Source: Octopus sinensis
Lineage: Eukaryota
Assembly (NCBI RefSeq): GCF_006345805.1
Contig: NC_042998.1
Coordinates: 182,466,001 to 182,530,000, forward strand
Direction: 5' to 3'
DNA: 64,000 bases
The notes below the pieces were generated by a model. That model was not told where the DNA came from. It did no database searches and saw nothing but the letters and a program-made list of their open reading frames with translations. Position numbers and translations under genes: made by a program. The first letter of the stretch is position 1, and every line of letters starts with the position of its first letter. Shown here piece by piece: positions 38,761 to 52,672 of the stretch.

Positions 38761-39508
38761 ATTTTCATTATTTATTACTATTTTCATTATTTACAGAATT
38801 GTAAAAATCAACGCTGCTTAGCAAAAACCTTCAAAGTAAAAGCACATGAAAGTTTGTTTACAAAAACAACACTATGAACTAATTATAGTTCTTAAATCTG
38901 ACGGAGGGAAGCAGGTTGGTGTGCTAGTGTAATGGTAGCATTCTTGTCACAAAAACAAAGAGGTGCAGGTTTGTGTACCATGCACATGGGAAAACCTACT
39001 TTTTATCCATCAAGGGCTTATATACCCCATTATTATACTATTTTCTTTAGTCATTCCGTGGTGATTGCTTATAAGCTTTAAGTTTATAAAATACTATTAT
39101 TATTATTTACATGCATGCACACACACACACACACACACACATATATAAAGAGGAGGAAGTTTTTTCTCCGAGTATATTCAATGATTTAAAATTTATCTCT
39201 GGACTAGAGTTTGATGAGTCATCCATGAAGCTCTGGCCTTCATGAATGTGAACCATTGGTCACTTATTATTATTTACATACATGCATATACATACACACA
39301 CACATATAAAGAGGAGGAAGTTTTTTTCTCCGAGTATATTCAATGATTTAAAATTATGCATAGCTTAAATTTTAAACATTTACATGAAATGATGATTTGA
39401 ATATCATAAAGTAACTGTCTGTGTGTATTTGTGTGTGTGTGTGTGTGTGCGTGTGTGAGAGAGAGAGAGTATGTGTGTGTGTGTATCTGAGTGCGTGTGT
39501 GTGCATGT

Positions 39509-39564
<56 letters not shown>

Positions 39565-39616
39565 GGTATTCATTGCAACAACCAAGAAAACCAGGTCATT
39601 AGACTGTAATAATTAC

Positions 39617-39673
39617 CATTTCAGTGTCTGAGAGGAACTCCCTGGATTCTTTGCTGCACCTGTAATATGTTTG
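39617..39673 (-). CDS. Minus-strand gene repeat exon (QTYYRCSKESREFLSDTEM)
   Basis: Acceptor tttgtttcatag, 57 nt, phase 0 to 0; differences from the 36209 exon are synonymous (ACT/ACA) or conservative (R/K) in this frame. Confidence 0.7.
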
Positions 39674-39881
39674 CTATGAAACAAATTGAAAGAAAAAAAT
39701 ATCTGATTATTTTAAAATAGCAAATATATTTTATGATTTCAAATTGCACAGAATTTCAATTACTTTTAAAATTTACTTGAAATAGTTTGAATTCAATAAA
39801 ATGAGTGTGTACGTGTTTTATGTGTGCATATGTGAATATGTTTGTGTAATGTGTGTGTGTGCACGTGTGTGTATGTGTGTA

Positions 39882-39916
<35 letters not shown>

Positions 39917-40023
39917 ATGCATGTGAGGTGGCTCTGAAAAGTTCCAGGTTTTAAGTAAAAGAAAATACAAGAGGATCGGTTAATTACGATTTTATACAAC
40001 ATATTCCCCTCTCAGATTCACTG

Positions 40024-40256
40024 CGACGATTTCATCTCAATTGAAGGAGAGAGGCTTTCTCCATTCGGGTTGCGGATCTGTGGAATAAGCTGCCGGATGA
40101 GATAGTGAAGATGCCGACGACCACTCGGTTCAAAGTCTCTCTTGACCAGAAATGGCCTGAACTCTTTGCACGAACACCCTCCCTGTACATAACTCCATGT
40201 CCCCCTACATGGCCTTGCTTTTTGCTTTTTAAGCCAAAAAATTAACTTAACTTAAC
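40024..40256 (+). mobile_element. CR1 3' end with (TAACT)n tail, inserted in a mariner-like fragment (39925-40375)
   Basis: REAFSIRVADLWNKLPDEIV..FKVSLD followed by AACTTAACTTAACT. Confidence 0.7.
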
Positions 40257-40590
40257 TCTTATTGCAGTGGTTCTTCAGTTTTTCTAAGCCCTGTAAAAGA
40301 ACTCAGATTGCTGGATCTCCAGCCAGGCCTTTCGTGATATCCTTAAAGCCAGTAACTTTTCAGTACCTTGTCATACATACACACACACACTTGCACATAT
40401 ATAAAGATGTATGCATCTATGTGTAAGTATGGAAGTATGTGTGTTTATGTGTGTGTCTATGTGTCTGTGTGTATAATGAATGAGAATTGCATCCATACGT
40501 GTTCATTAGCAGACATATTCAGCCCTGCACCACTTAAAGTTTAATAGGAATAAAAGCAAGTAATAAAGTAATAAATAATGTCTGGTTATT

Positions 40591-40883
40591 GAGTGACCAA
40601 TGATTCACATCCATGAAGGCCACAGCTTCATGGATGACTCATCAGATTCTAGTCCAGAGATAAATTTAACTCATCACCTCTTGGAAGTTGAAAGTTATGA
40701 TCATTGGTCAGATGGTTATCAGAGAATAAAAGGTCTGGCGATATTCTTGGATGACCATTTGACCAATGACCATAACAATTTTCCCCCTCCAAGAGTTGAA
40801 GAGTTAAATTTGTCTTTGGACTAGAGTCTGATGAGTCATCCACGAGGCTGCAGCTTTCATGGATGCGAAACCATTGGTCACTC
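40591..40883. mobile_element. Palindromic fold-back MITE
   Basis: GAGTGACCAATG..CATTGGTCACTC; arms pair imperfectly over most of the length, giving near-identical ORFs on both strands. Confidence 0.8.
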
Positions 40884-41083
40884 TATGATCAGACTTTAAC
40901 TTCATTGCTTTAATACTTTACTGGTCTATACTTTAGAGTGTGTTTCTTATTCAGATATATGAAACATTGACAATATACATACATATATATATATATATAT
41001 CTTTCAACATGTGATCTCTTGAGCACCACCAGCTCAAATATTTTCTCCTCTGTCTTCCCTCCTTGGGATCTTTCCTTCTCCTT

Positions 41084-41118
41084 GTTTCTGACGAAGAGCT
41101 CCGCTCGAAACGTTAAAC
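41084..41118 (+). ncRNA. Minimal type-I hammerhead ribozyme motif
   Basis: gttt-CTGACGA(A)-gagc-tcc-gctc-GAAAC-GTT-aaac: 4-bp stem I, 4-bp stem II, palindromic AACGTT stem III; one extra A after A9. Confidence 0.65.
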
Positions 41119-41230
41119 CCTCCTTCCCTTCTTTCCTGAGCGTCCAATAATACTTTAATTGTTCCACATCCTGCGTTGCTGTGTTTTTTTCTCTTTTTTC
41201 TCTTTTTTTCTGTTTTCTTGTTTGGATTAA

Positions 41231-41268
<38 letters not shown>

Positions 41269-41559
41269 GTATTCTAAAGCTGGATGCCCTTCCTAATGCC
41301 AACCACTCCGTGAGTGTAGTGGGTGGTTTTTACGTGCCACCGGTACAGGGGCAAGAGGAGGCTGGTAAACGGCCATGATCGGTTGGTGCTTTTTATGTGT
41401 CACCAGCACAGACACCAGTCAAGGCGGTGCTGGCATCGATCACGTTCGGATGGTGCTTTTTATGTGCTACCGGCATGGGTATCACAACTCAACTACAATT
41501 TCCATTTGATTTTTATTTTGATGTTGATGTACTTGACTCAATAGGTCTCCTCAAGCACA

Positions 41560-41950
41560 GCAGGTTGCCCTACGATCCAAGGTTAGCACAGCAGGCCGTC
41601 CTGCGAGCCATGAACTCACTTCATTTGTTGGGTCTTTGCAGTCACAGCATATCTCCAGAGGTCTTGGTCATTCGTCATAGCCTCTGTGAGGCCCAATGTT
41701 CGAAGGTCATGCTTGACCACCTCATCCCATATCTTCCTTCAACAGTTTGGGAGTGGCACTTCTTCACACATCTCTCCTCATCCATCCATATTACAGAACC
41801 ATACCAATACAAACATCTCTACTGCATGTCCCATCCAATGCTTCTTATGTCCAACATTTCTCCCATTGTGCTTACACTCAGTGTGCACACTGACATTACA
41901 CATCCAGTGGATCATGCTAGGTTCATTTCTTTCGAGCCTACGCATGTCCT
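41560..41950 (-). mobile_element. RTE LINE C-terminal fragment joined to its family-C 3' tail
   Basis: Minus strand reads VEDMRRLERNEPSMIHWMCNVSVHT. Confidence 0.75.
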
Positions 41951-42340
41951 CCACAGGTATGTATATATATATATATATATATATGCACAATGATAATAAG
42001 GATTCTTGAGAGAATCAGGCACTTGAAGGATATGCACCAGGTAGGGTTGAGTTAACCTGTGATCACCACCTTTAGTTGAACAAATATCTTGTAAGATATT
42101 CAAGTTGTGCATACAGAGAAGAAAACCAACACTACAAGTATTTAGTGCCTAGCGGCTGGTCCAAAGCACACATTGGATTGATCATACATCGTTTGGTACA
42201 CTCTAGGATGTCTGACATGTCGTGATCCCTTTGGTGTATTGTAAGCAAATGAATAATAAATAGACAATGAATAAATGTCAGTTCATTTATCCATTGTCTG
42301 TTATTATTTATTTTCATATATGATGATGATGATGATGATG

Positions 42341-45300
42341 TCACACATCACACCAGTGGAAGGAACCCACTTTACAATAGTGGCGATGAGGAAAAAAATA
42401 ATTTAAGTGAAGTGAAAAAAAACATTCACATTGAGAGTTTAAAGTAATTCATGTGGAAAATTAAATAACTCGACAAAAAAGAAACAAAAATCTTGTGCAA
42501 ACTTATGAAAATCATAAAATATGGAAGACCTGTTAGCTGGGGAAGTTGAGTTGCAAACACTGCAGCAACAACAAGAACAACAAGGATTGCAGCCGCAAAT
42601 GTTAAAAGTAATGAAATTGATAACCAAACTGGAGAATACAGTTTTGCCTGACCCTGTAGCAAACTCCATAAGTGAATTCAAATACGACCCCAAAGAAGGA
42701 GTAACCTTTGAGCTTACTTTCGAATATTTGAACAAATTTTTGAAAAAGAATGTCAGGATTGACATATAATATAAATGGCGGTGCCCCAGCATGGCCACAG
42801 CTCATTAGCTGAAACTGGAAAAATCAAATCAAAATCAAAATCAAAATCATTGGACAGACAAAATTAAAATGTATTTAGTTTTAAGAAAACTAGTGACAGC
42901 AGAGCATAAGAAGTATAGTAATTTCATATTGCTAAAAAAAGCATCTGACATAAATTTCACTGACACAGTTGACATTTTGTGCAAAATGTTTAGTGAAAAG
43001 AGCTTACTAAATAGAAAAGAACAAAGATGAAGACTTCACTACTAACACAGGCAGAATAAAAAAAGAATGTAAGAAATTTAGTTGGAATTTACCAAAAAAA
43101 AAACAACAAAAGACAAAGACAGGTGTGTAAACAACAAACGTGTATTAGTTTAATGCTCAGGAAGGTGAGATAGTCTTTTACATTTTGAGCCTACACTCCT
43201 CAACAGAAAGAAACATGGGAAAATAAACAGAGAGAGAGAATAAAAAAGCTTTAGTGGCTAGTGGTCAATCATGGCGATGCTTACTCCAGATTCTTTCAAG
43301 TGTTCGATTTTTGCACAAAGATTGACAGATAAAAGGGATGCAGAAATCCAAGCGAAAATTCTAGCAAAACTGAAAATGAACCAGGATTTGATATTGTTGA
43401 AACTGTCAGAAGAGTTGACATGATATTAAAATTAAGGTATGACACAGAAGAAATTTAATTGAAAGAGTGTTTTCACATAAGACCAGTGCAAAATACTTGG
43501 AAGACAAAGTGTTTCAAGAAAAACAGAAAAAATATTGGGATGTAGACCCATGTATGGGATGCACCTGAAAAAAGATTGCCCATACAAAGAAGCAAAGTGT
43601 TTTCACTGCAGGTTTACAGGACATGTAAAATTGCACTGCAAAACTAGAATGATAGGAAATGGAACAAACAACAAAAAATAAACAGTTTGTAAGCAGGAAA
43701 CGTTGCGATTACAACAAACAGAAAATTTGTGAATGAGAGAATTGAAACCACTAGTGTCAGAATGCAATTAGACATGGGAAGTGACATCACAATCATAAAT
43801 GAGGAAACATGGGAACAGGTGGGTAAACCAAAATTATGTATTTCAAACAAAATAATGTATATAATATGAAAGAAAATTATATTTCGTGGGTGAACACATT
43901 TGTAATATAATGTTCAAAGGTCAAACCAAAAAAGTGAATGTTTATATGTTGAAAAAAAATCCATGAATTTATTCGGCACTGAAAGTATAGAGAAATTTAA
44001 TTTATGGGATATGCCCATAAATGCTTTGTACAATAACATAAATGGAGCAGTCAAACGAGGTTTATGAACTGAAACAAAAAAAAGAAAACATTATGTGGAA
44101 CATTGTGCGTAAACTACCAGTAACTTTGGAAGAAATAAAAAGTAATGTGAGAAATGGAAAATTTATTAATGAAGCCAAAAGAAAACTGCAATTAACAAAA
44201 GGAAATAAAGAAAGGTCTGATGCAAGGAACTTCCAAGATGTGAGCATGTATTCTAAATGTGATGGTGTACTAATGTATGGTCAGAGGGTAGTCATACCAC
44301 AGACATTACAGAAGAGAATGCTAAGAGTCCCATGTGGGACACCCAGGCATCTCTAGAATGAAAGCGCTGATGTGAAGTTTCATATACTAGCCAAGTATTG
44401 ACAAGGAAGTTGAAAACCCAGTAAAAGGCTGCAGAGGATGTGTGCTGGCAGTGAAACTACCAACTACAAAATATGAACCTTGGCTGGAAGTGAAAATACC
44501 ATGATTGCATATTGATTTTGCATATTGATTTTGCAGGCTCAGTAAATGGATATTATTATTTAATAGTAGTGAACAGGTACACAAAATGACCTGAGGTTGC
44601 GAGGTGTACATGACCAACCTCATATATGGTAGTAAACTTTTTACACGAGCTGTATGCAAGATTTGGTGTACTGGATATAATTGTCTCTGATAACAGAACA
44701 CAGTTTGTATACTGTGAGTTTAAAAGATTCTGCAAGATGTTCATGTTAGAACATAAAACTATAGCACTGCATTACCCTAGATAGAATGAAAAGGCAGATC
44801 GATTCATGGACACTTTTAAGAGAGCTTTAAAGAAAGCTAATAAGGAAGCCATGGATGAGGTCATAATCCAACAATTCTTAAGGGTATACAGGGTGACTCC
44901 AAACCCAAATGCACCAGAAGGAAGTTCACCAGCAGACTTAATGTTTGCCAGAAAGATGAAGTTAGTATTTGATAAGCTGTTACCAGTGATGAAAAAAACA
45001 TGTGCAAGTAAAGACATGCCAAAATTCTTTAGAATCGGTGATAAGATATATGTAAAAATATACAAAAATAGCAAGCAATACTGGAAAAAAGGAGAAATTG
45101 TAACAGGAAGAATGATGTATGGTGTAAGAAGAAGAAATGGAATGGAAAGGAGACAGAGAAATCAGCTTAAGGAAAGATTCATACAAAAGGAACCAACAAG
45201 AGTAGAAATACTGATGGATTGGCTATATGGCACTTTTCAGGTTCCGACACTGTTACAGGAAGTAGAAAACACACATACAAGGAAAAGGAAGAATAGAGAA

Positions 45301-45716
45301 TTCTTAAAAGTAGACTTTAAGAAGAAATGATATTGAGTATATAAAAAAGGAGGAGGTGGGGTGAATAAAAGAAATTGATTGTTAAATAAAATAATTAAAA
45401 AGTGAGATTCTATATAGTGAAACTGTATACCACTTCCCAATAAAAAAGTGGTAGGAGGCAGCCATTATAAATAGACCGGTAGCCACTTGTCAAGAGAGGG
45501 TCAAGAGCTGAAGAGTTGAAAGTCGACAGTTTTAGTCAGTGTCTTGTGGAGTTATCATTAATAGTAAGGCAGAAGAAGTTAGTGTATTACTATTCCGGTA
45601 TGAAGAGATACAACAGTATCCGATGACTGGTAACTATTGTGGCTACTAGTATACAACAGCAACTACAACACAACGACAGTCACACATCTCACCAGTGGGA
45701 GGAACCCACTTTACAA
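42341..45716 (+). mobile_element. Gypsy LTR retrotransposon, decayed, RT/RNase H deleted
   Basis: 5' LTR remnant 42341-42377 matches 45680-45716. PBS TGGCGATGAGG at 42381. Gag SISEFKYDPKEGVTF, CCHC knuckles ~43550-43640, protease LDMGSDITII, integrase HPG/HIDFA/IVSDN..QF. PPT 45343-45361 and 3' LTR 45362-45716. Confidence 0.9.
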
Positions 45717-47249
45717 CAGTTTTTAAAAAATTTATTTGTATTTAAATCTTAACTACAAACTATGATACAAATAAATTAGCTATACATCCTCTACTCTTCA
45801 TTTTCTTACCTTATAAATTTTATGCCGGACCCCCCCTGGCACCTGTGCAGGTGGCACGTAAAAAGCACCCACTACACTCGCGGAGTGGTTGGCGTTAGGA
45901 AGGGCACATACACACACACATACATGCGCACATGCACACACACATGCTTTCCAGTTAAGATAATTACCTCTTCAGCAGAAGCCGTGTACTCTCTGGAACT
46001 TTTGCTCTATAAAATAGAAAAAATTCTGGTTGCATTAACATATAAAGTATATATCATGAATAAAAGTTATGCAACGTAAAAGTTACTAAAAAACATTTAC
46101 TTATGATGTTTTGACTTTGTTTAAATAAGAATAGGTGATTTACATACAAACAAATACAAACAGAAACACATATATACATCCACAAATATCAATGGGTTTT
46201 TGTACTGAAGTTGTGTGTTTACACAAATAATAAACTGGAATATCCTTCTCAATTGGTAATTATTATTGTTCACAGCTGGGAACATAACAACAATGAATAT
46301 AAGCCCACCAATAAGAATAATGAAATGTTAAACAAGGCTGCTGAAAAAAAGCATTTCAATATAAATATTCCATGATAACCAAAGGTACAGAACTAGGAAC
46401 AATTCAAATTACCAGAATGCAATTCCAGTTATTCAGGATAACCCATACAGCAACACAACCATTCAAGCCATGTTTCCTTAATGAATGTTTTCAAAAAATA
46501 TACGTGTACATAGCTAAAATAACTTCCACATATGGTATCGAAAAGAACTACATAGGAATTATGGAGTACAAGTTTAAAACCAGGAACATACAACATATTC
46601 ACACATTCACATTCTGATTTAAAAATTATTCTACTTCTTTTTTTTAATGTCAACTAAAACTGGAAGTGTAGAATTGATTCATTTTCCAATAACATTGTAT
46701 ATTGTTGAGATTGCAACATAAGTCTGACCAAGAAATTAAACTAATAGAACTAGAACCCCTCAAGCACTAGCTGTAGCTGCCTAAATAATATAGCCGCCAC
46801 AACTCTCTCAATAATAAGTCTTAGTAATATCCCACCACTCCAACAAGCTGAATGCAGCTGTAGAAATGTAATAAACTGATATCTCAATGGAAAATGTCTA
46901 CCAATGGTCTTAATATATAAATGATATCAAAATAGCAGATAGCATTGGAATGACATACACTGGACTAACAATTAACCCTTTTAGAATCAGGTAAGCATGG
47001 CACACATATTCTTTTAAATACAGAGAGAGAATTGAGTCAACATCAATGTTACAATATATCTGGAAGGTCAAATTTGATGACCGCCAAATTAATAAAATAG
47101 ATTATTGTTAAAAAACCTAGGATATGCTCAAATAGAAGTAAGAAAGCAACATTTTGTATGGTAGAAAAACATTGTACATTAATAACTATATATAACACAT
47201 ATAGATAAGATATTTTTACCATATTTATTGATAATGACAATATCTTAAA

Positions 47250-48410
47250 AAAGAATTTGAAATAGTGTGAATAAGAGGGGTTATTTCCATCAAATTTTTC
47301 ATGTAAATCTGAAACTTAAACCCAAGATCCTGACATCAACTGCAAACTGCTACAGAAAGAGTGATATTGGTTGGCTCAACTTGAGAAGGGAGGAAGGAGA
47401 AAAAGGCTTGAGATCAATGCAAGCAGTCTTTAAATGTCATATAGTCTTTCTCATTTAGCACCTGCTAAACAACAGTAGCAAAAATAAATACATAAACTTA
47501 GTGCTAAAAAGTGAAGAGAAAAAAATCCTACATATCAGCTCCTCTGGAAGTAATCTCTTTCTGATGCATACAAACCCAGAATAGCAACAGAATACCTCAA
47601 AGAAGACCTGGATGTGAAATGCTCAACATACCAATAAAAGGCTATGCATGAGTATGTTTTCCAAAGACTTGAAGAGAACATTAATATCAACATGAAGTGG
47701 AGTCTCTCTTGGATTCATGACACTCCAAAGGCTATGCATTTGCATTCTAAGAATAGGAGTTTGCTACAAAATACTTAGCAGACAAAAGAGACAGTGAAGA
47801 CCCTGAAACCCTAAAATGCAATTGAAAATGTAAATTATGTCATATTTCTGTGGAAGACATCACATATAGGTAGCAGTAGCTCAAACATGTCAAGTTACTA
47901 TCTCCCTATGCAACATGACATCACTAAAACAATTTACAATGTCGTTTGCAAAAAAGAGACCGACCTGAAACAGATATAGTGTATCGTCCTGTTATTGAAT
48001 ACATACACAAGCATAAACATATGGAATAATGTTGGAACATTCATTGCCATTAAAAAATCTGCCAAATGTAAACATAACCAGCCAGATATTGTTGTTCGGG
48101 ACAGAAAATAAAAGTGTATGTGATGTCATAAAGATCAGATGCCCTACTGATGTGAACCTTTGAAAATCAAAAAGAAAAGGAACAACTTCAGACAACTAAT
48201 TTGAAGCCTCTAGCTTCTATATCCTGATTTTAAATTCACATTTATACCAATAATAATTGGTGAACTTGCTTTTGTGAGTAAATGCACATGATAATCTGGA
48301 TAAGCTATGGCTTTCAGAAAAAGAAATCAACCTGTTAATTCACTCATTACAAATATAACTGTGAGTGGAACAGCAAAAGTAGACAAGACTGTTCTTAGGG
48401 GTAAAACATG
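47250..48410 (+). mobile_element. R4/Dong-like LINE 3' region, heavily decayed
   Basis: Remnants of R.EG.KGL, KAMH, CKLC..EDI..H, NQPDIVVRD and FIPIIIG motifs (zinc finger plus restriction-like endonuclease). Confidence 0.65.
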
Positions 48411-48536
48411 ATAGTGTTTTTGTTATCTACATTCCTACAATGAGACTTTGTATTTTTGTTAGAAACCTGTTCCTTTTTCAGATGAAGATTTCATATACTT
48501 AAAAATAGAACATACATACATACATACATACATACA

Positions 48537-48569
<33 letters not shown>

Positions 48570-48728
48570 TCATATATATATATATACATACATACACGCA
48601 CATATATACGCACATATATACATACATAAACACACACATACATATACATACATTCATATGTAAGATACATGTATGTATGTATACAAAATCTCTTCCTCCA
48701 ACCAAGTCAATGTGTTTAATATAGTTAC

Positions 48729-48776
48729 CCTGGGAGGAGTGACTGCGAGGTAGTCGGAATATTTTGTCTTTCGTTG
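48729..48776 (-). CDS. Minus-strand gene micro-exon (QRKTKYSDYLAVTPPR)
   Basis: Strong acceptor tttcttttttcttatag, G|GTAACT donor, 48 nt; frame chosen to fit the phase-0 chain (the phase-1 frame is also open). Confidence 0.6.
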
Positions 48777-50457
48777 CTATAAGAAAAAAGAAACAAGATT
48801 GATCTCTGATTGTGTTAACATAATTAATACATTTCACAATTTCAAATGATATAGCATAAAATGATTAATATAAAACTTCTTAAAACGTTTTGAGTTTGCT
48901 GAAATAAATCCCGATTGTATGCATGTTATCAATTAGTGGTAAACTGCAAAACTCTGAGTTATAACAAGGATTACTTTTAGCATTGCAATAAATATTTTTC
49001 ACTCGCCATTAGCAATGTGCACTTTTCTTGTTATTAACTCCAACATACATTGAGATTCCTATTGATTAATTTTTTATTTTATTATGCAGAGTTTGTGTGC
49101 ATTTTGTGTCTGAAATGATTTAATGAGCACAAATAATTACAAATGAATATTTTAGGGGTAAGTTATTTTCTTCAAGTACCTTCTCAGGTACCCAAGGGAA
49201 CTATCTCATCTCTATTAAGATTTATGTATTGTGATTTATATGATTGAGAATTTGGAAAGTTCTATTTACTTAGTACATTTAAGAATTTGTGTAATCTATA
49301 ACTATTTTATTAGATTAATTGATTCTGTTTCTAAGTGTGAAACCTCTCTAATCCATGGAAGCTTTTTTTTCTAAACCCAAATATATTATGAAGCCATGAG
49401 TATGTTTGTACACTTTATACAAAAGAAGTCATTAACATTAATCCTTTTATTAAATATTTAGTTTTCTCCCACAGACACTTTATATAAAGCTTTTATTACA
49501 TAATTGTTTATTATTCAGTGAGTAATTGAGAGAATATTACCCCTATCTAGTACAATACAATGTTAAGGTTAGCTATATATGCCTAGATATTACAGACTCA
49601 AAAAAAAAATCTTCCACTAAAACCAGAGCCTCACAAAGACCACCGACTTCTTCAGTCTGGACACTACTGCAAAAATACAACAAAATGGCCTTTTAACGGA
49701 AAATGCCAATTGAACTGTAGCTTTAAACATTACATAGAGCTACAGTAAAACAGTAGCTGATATTGTTAAGGCATTTATAATGTTTACAGAGAACAGATTT
49801 AAATTCTGCAGATTCTGGATCACAATCAAATCAACTTCACTGTCACAATACTTCAGGCAGCACAAAATTTAATAAATAAACACACAATGGGATATTGGTA
49901 AAGATAGACCACAGGATTCAGATAATAACATTTATATCAGAGAAAAATCCCCACAAAATAATAACATATAATACATAAAAAAGAAGTGAACTTGTTATGA
50001 AATCCACAGAATAAAAAAAGTTCCTCTTCAATGAATATGAAATATAATGTGTTTTCAATGTTATAATGATAAGTCTTTCCCTTGTAAAAAGTTTGATGTA
50101 TTTTTACAAGAAATATGATAACCTTGTTATTATGTTAGATTTAACAGTTTCTATCTATCAAGATACATACGTACATACATACATACATACATACATACAT
50201 ACATACATACATACAGACATACATACATACATACATGCAGACAGACAGGCATACATACATACATACATACATACATACATACATACATACATACATGCAT
50301 GCATGCATGCATGCATACATACATACATACATACATACATGCATGCATGCATACATACATACATACATATAATACACACATACAAATATATATATGCATG
50401 TGTATTTGTGTGGATATTTAATTCTTAAACCGAGGTCAACATGTCCAAAGTAATTAC

Positions 50458-50511
50458 CTTTTCAAATAGTGTTGGCACATACTTGCTATATTTAGGAGAT
50501 GGGCTCCTTTC
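50458..50511 (-). CDS. 54-nt repeat exon (ERSPSPKYSKYVPTLFEK)
   Basis: ttttacag acceptor, AAG|GTAATT donor, phase 0 to 0. Confidence 0.7.
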
Positions 50512-51158
50512 CTGTAAAATTAAATAAAATCAGATACATTATTTTATTGAAATAATTTTTCAAAACAAATCATTTTTATTGTGTTAAAAGAACTCATGAA
50601 TGTATACATACACAATAATAAAACTATACTCTAGGCAAAAAACGAGTTTGATATCTGATGACAGTTTGCCTCAAGGTGAACATGAAAATTAGAGCTATGA
50701 TGAGTTATCAGTTACTGACTGGTGAGTACAGATATGAAAGGAGAACAAATCCAAGGCAAGTGATACAAATGGAAGGAAACTATGGAAGAGGTCCAATGTC
50801 AAAAATGTGGAAAGGAATGGAGAAGGCAGATCTGAAGATACTGAATCATACAAAGATAAACAACAACCATGATAAATGAAAGTGGAAGTGCATTGCTCAG
50901 TGGTTAGCGTGTTGGACTCATGATTGTATGATTGTGGTTTCGATTCTTGGACTGGGATGCATTGTATTCTTAAGCAAAACACTTCATTTCCTTTTGCTTA
51001 AGTCCACTCAGGTGGTTAAAATGATATAATAATAAGCCTTTCCCTTGTAAAAGATTTGATACATTTTTACAAGAAGTATGATGGCCTTGTTAATATATAT
51101 TACAAAAAAGAAGAATATTTGCTTACTAAACCCAGGTCAACATGCCCAAAGTAATTAC

Positions 51159-51212
51159 CGTTTCAAATTCTGTCACCTCAATTCTGCTAGATTTAGGAGT
51201 TTGGACCATTTC
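51159..51212 (-). CDS. 54-nt repeat exon (EMVQTPKSSRIEVTEFET)
   Basis: tcttacag acceptor, G|GTAATT donor; only phase 0 is open. Confidence 0.7.
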
Positions 51213-52619
51213 CTGTAAGATTAAATGAAATCAGAAACATTATTGTATTAAAATAATAAATTTTCAAAACAAATCATTTCTAATTTGTTAAAAGAACTCA
51301 TGAATGTATACAGATATATATATATATAGATAGATAGATGATAAAGGTTAAAATACAAAAGCCATAATGGTAACAATGTTTAGTCTCAACATTACAATAA
51401 TTACACTGCACTTTTACTGTGAGCACATTTCCCCTTGTACGGAAACTAAAACTAACAAATACACATATGCACACATAGTACATACAGACACTCCCATACA
51501 CATATACTCACACACACACACTTTGCATAAGAATTTAAAATGGTCTTCATTCAGTAATTAATTCATCCACATATTTACAACATCATAATCTTATCTTCAA
51601 GATTATGTGTTGTTGGCACTACTTTTATAGTAAGAAGGGGTTATTCAATTTTGACTGTTAAATTTTGTCATCAATCAAAAGTTTACAACGCAAACAGTCA
51701 AAATTCAAATTTTGGCAGTAACATTACTCTAAAGTGGTAGCAACACATTCCAGCATCTCTTCATTCTGAAGATGAGGCCATGAAGTTCTAGGAACGAACT
51801 GAAAGGAAATTCTATGAAAATATGAAAAAGAACTTGATAAAAAAAATGTGCCACATAAAAAGCACTTGTGCTGGTATCACGTAAAAAGCACACATGCTGC
51901 TGCCATGTAAGACCTACCATGATGGAGTCACATAAAAAGTACCTACACTGGTGTCTTGTAAAGAGCCCTCGCTACATTCTGTAAAGTGGTTGGCATTAAC
52001 AGTAACATCCAGCTATAGAAATCATGCTAAAATAAACAATTGAAGTCAGGTGCGGCTCTTCAGATTGCTAGCTCCTGTCAAACCATTCAACACATGCCAG
52101 CATGGAAAACGGATTTTAAATGACTTGTTTAGTTTATTTCTTCAGATTTTCTATAGAAATTATAGTCAGCCCTGATTTTGCTCCAACATTTCTTGAGATC
52201 GAAGATGAAAACGGATAGTGGGCATACATGAAATATTTCAGGAAGTTTTCCTTTCATCAGCACCCAGCCAACCTATAAATCATCCATGAACAAATTGATT
52301 AAACAGCTACTAAATACAGCAGTGTAACTTTACACAATATACCAATTATCAAAAAACATTTGTGAAGCTGGTGCATAAATATTAATGACGTATTATTAAT
52401 GTCAAAACAAAATTAGTGGTGGCTATAATTTCTATAGAAAATCTGTAGGGATAACTTTAACGAGTGATGTAATAGTTAACACAGCAGAACAGAGACTTAT
52501 AAAAACATTAGATATAATTTGTAGTATATCATGGTCACATAATGAAATACAGTGTCCCTACACATCATTAATATGAACATCATATATATGTATGTATGTA
52601 TTATATGTAAGTATATGTA

Positions 52620-52672
<53 letters not shown>

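Noticed and set aside
40600-40843. Two similar ORFs on opposite strands (MDDSSDSSP..)
   Set aside because: Consequence of the palindromic MITE.
51725-51800. Second exon candidate within the 3-kb unit (strong acceptor, GTAATG donor)
   Set aside because: Weak donor, length differs between units, and the frame does not fit the phase-0 chain.
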